A stretch of 64,000 nt of DNA from Chiloscyllium plagiosum (Eukaryota): positions 5,929,846-5,993,845 of the forward strand of contig NC_057754.1 of the NCBI RefSeq assembly GCF_004010195.1, in the 5' to 3' direction. The notes under the pieces were generated by a model. That model saw only the letters and a list, made by a program, of their open reading frames with translations, was not told the DNA's origin and did not search any database. Below, in pieces: positions 62,580-64,000 of this stretch; positions within the stretch are counted from its first letter, which is position 1; each line of letters begins with the position of its first letter. A program made the translations under genes and the position numbers.

Positions 62580-63593
62580 TATCTCCCATTCCCTGACCTG
62601 AATCTGACCCATCTAAGCCGACACTTTAGTTCCCAGCCCCCTGCCAGACTAGTTAAAACCTCACCAATGGAACTGCAAAAGCCCCCATCAGATTTGTCTC
62701 AGTTCTGCCCAGGGGTAACCGGTCAGGCTGGTATAGCACCCACCCAGAAACAGTCGCAGTGCCTGAAGAATCTAAACCTTTCTCTGGTACACCATTTCCC
62801 CAGCCACATATCCAGCTGATCTACCCTCTTATTCCTGCTCTCACTAGCACAAGGCACTGGGAGTAAGTCTGACCTTATTACATTCCAGGAGCGACATTTT
62901 AATGCATCTCTGTTCTCCCTATATCTAGCTTTCAGGCCCTCATCCCTCTGTTTAGCGATGTTGTTGGTATCTTTGTGTCCCACCACCACGGGCTGTTTGA
63001 CTTCCAGCTCCAGAAAGTCCTGCAGCCGCTCCATGATATTGCGAATCCTAGCTTCAGGAGGTAACATACCATCCTGGATTCATGTCTATGGTCACAGCAG
63101 TGCCCGCCCTAACCCTGAGCATTGAATCTCCTGTCACTATAGCCGTGTTTCCTCTCTTTCCTCCCGCTCTGTGCAGCGGAGCTCTCTGTGGTGGCATGAC
63201 CCTGGCTGGTGCTGATTTCCCGAGAAGCTACCCCACCCATTTCCGCCCTTACAGAATCCCAAGCGGGATACAGTATCTGTATGAGAAGGGGATGACCACT
63301 GGGGACTCCTGCACCCCCTTCCTGAGCCTCTTACTTGATCTGATGGTCACCCATTCCCTTTCTGCCTGTGTAGCCCTCACCTGCAGTGTGACTAACTCAC
63401 TAAACATGCTGTCCATAACATTCTCAGATGCTCCACAGTGAGTCCACTCACACTCCAGGTCTGAAAAGCAGTTTCCCAGTAACTGCAGATGAGCATACTT
63501 GCAGCACACATAGCCGTCAGGCACACTGGAAACGTCCCTTATTTCCCACATTGTACAAGAGGACCACACCACGGGTCTGAAGTGCCCTATCAC
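62580..63593 (-). mobile_element. CR1 LINE ORF1 remnant (zinc-knuckle/leucine zipper + SGNH esterase)
   Basis: SSCTMWEIRD...YVCCKYAHLQLL and LPPEARIRNIMERLQ...QPVVVGHKDTNNI match CR1 ORF1 domains. Confidence 0.85.
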
Positions 63594-64000
63594 AACATCT
63601 CTCTACATTCATCTCGTTACTCCCATTAAGAAAATTTAAATGAGTGAGCAACCTTCCTTCACTTCAAACATGTACATTATAATAAAAAAAATCTTTACTT
63701 CAGCAGATATGTCAAACTTTAAAAACTTAGATACTCCGCAGGTATCACTGAGAAATTGGCTGTTCCCATTGGGACCACGTGAAATACTGAATGGCCTGAA
63801 CTAAACTTGAGTTTCAGCTTCACCTTCTCCCAGTCTCACCTCACTCTGTTTACACCCAACTCCAAAACACTCTCATTGAGCCAAGCAACACTCTCAGTAC
63901 AGCCTTGTCATTTTCAATGTGTGCTCACACCTACACTGCCCTCAGCCTCCTGTACTGTTCTAATGCATCTCAATGGGAGCTCAGGAACAGCATCTCATCT

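Overview
Repeat-rich, non-coding vertebrate DNA, most likely from an elasmobranch (shark). That assignment rests on HE1-type SINEs, CR1/HER1-type LINEs and Penelope-like repeats recognised by eye. I see no intact host protein-coding gene. Contents: (1) 2-34 kb is a decayed tRNA gene cluster with at least 17 relics (Val, Leu, Pro, iMet, His, Ile, Arg, Asp, Ser), built from duplicated units, including a nested inverted duplication spanning about 16.7-35.9 kb. (2) A near full-length, defective class I endogenous retrovirus at 36983-45923 (LTR, tRNA-Pro PBS, gag, TAG readthrough, pro-pol, PABL-B/HERV-R(b)-like env). Its PPT and most of the 3' U3 are replaced by an 840-bp, ~98% identical inverted copy of downstream host DNA. 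(3) Many Penelope-like insertions, several forming hairpins with long target-site duplications and carrying minimal hammerhead-ribozyme motifs of three families. (4) C2H2 zinc-finger pseudogene exons, CR1 LINE fragments, SINEs, a solo LTR and a 703-N assembly gap. All identities are by-eye estimates.
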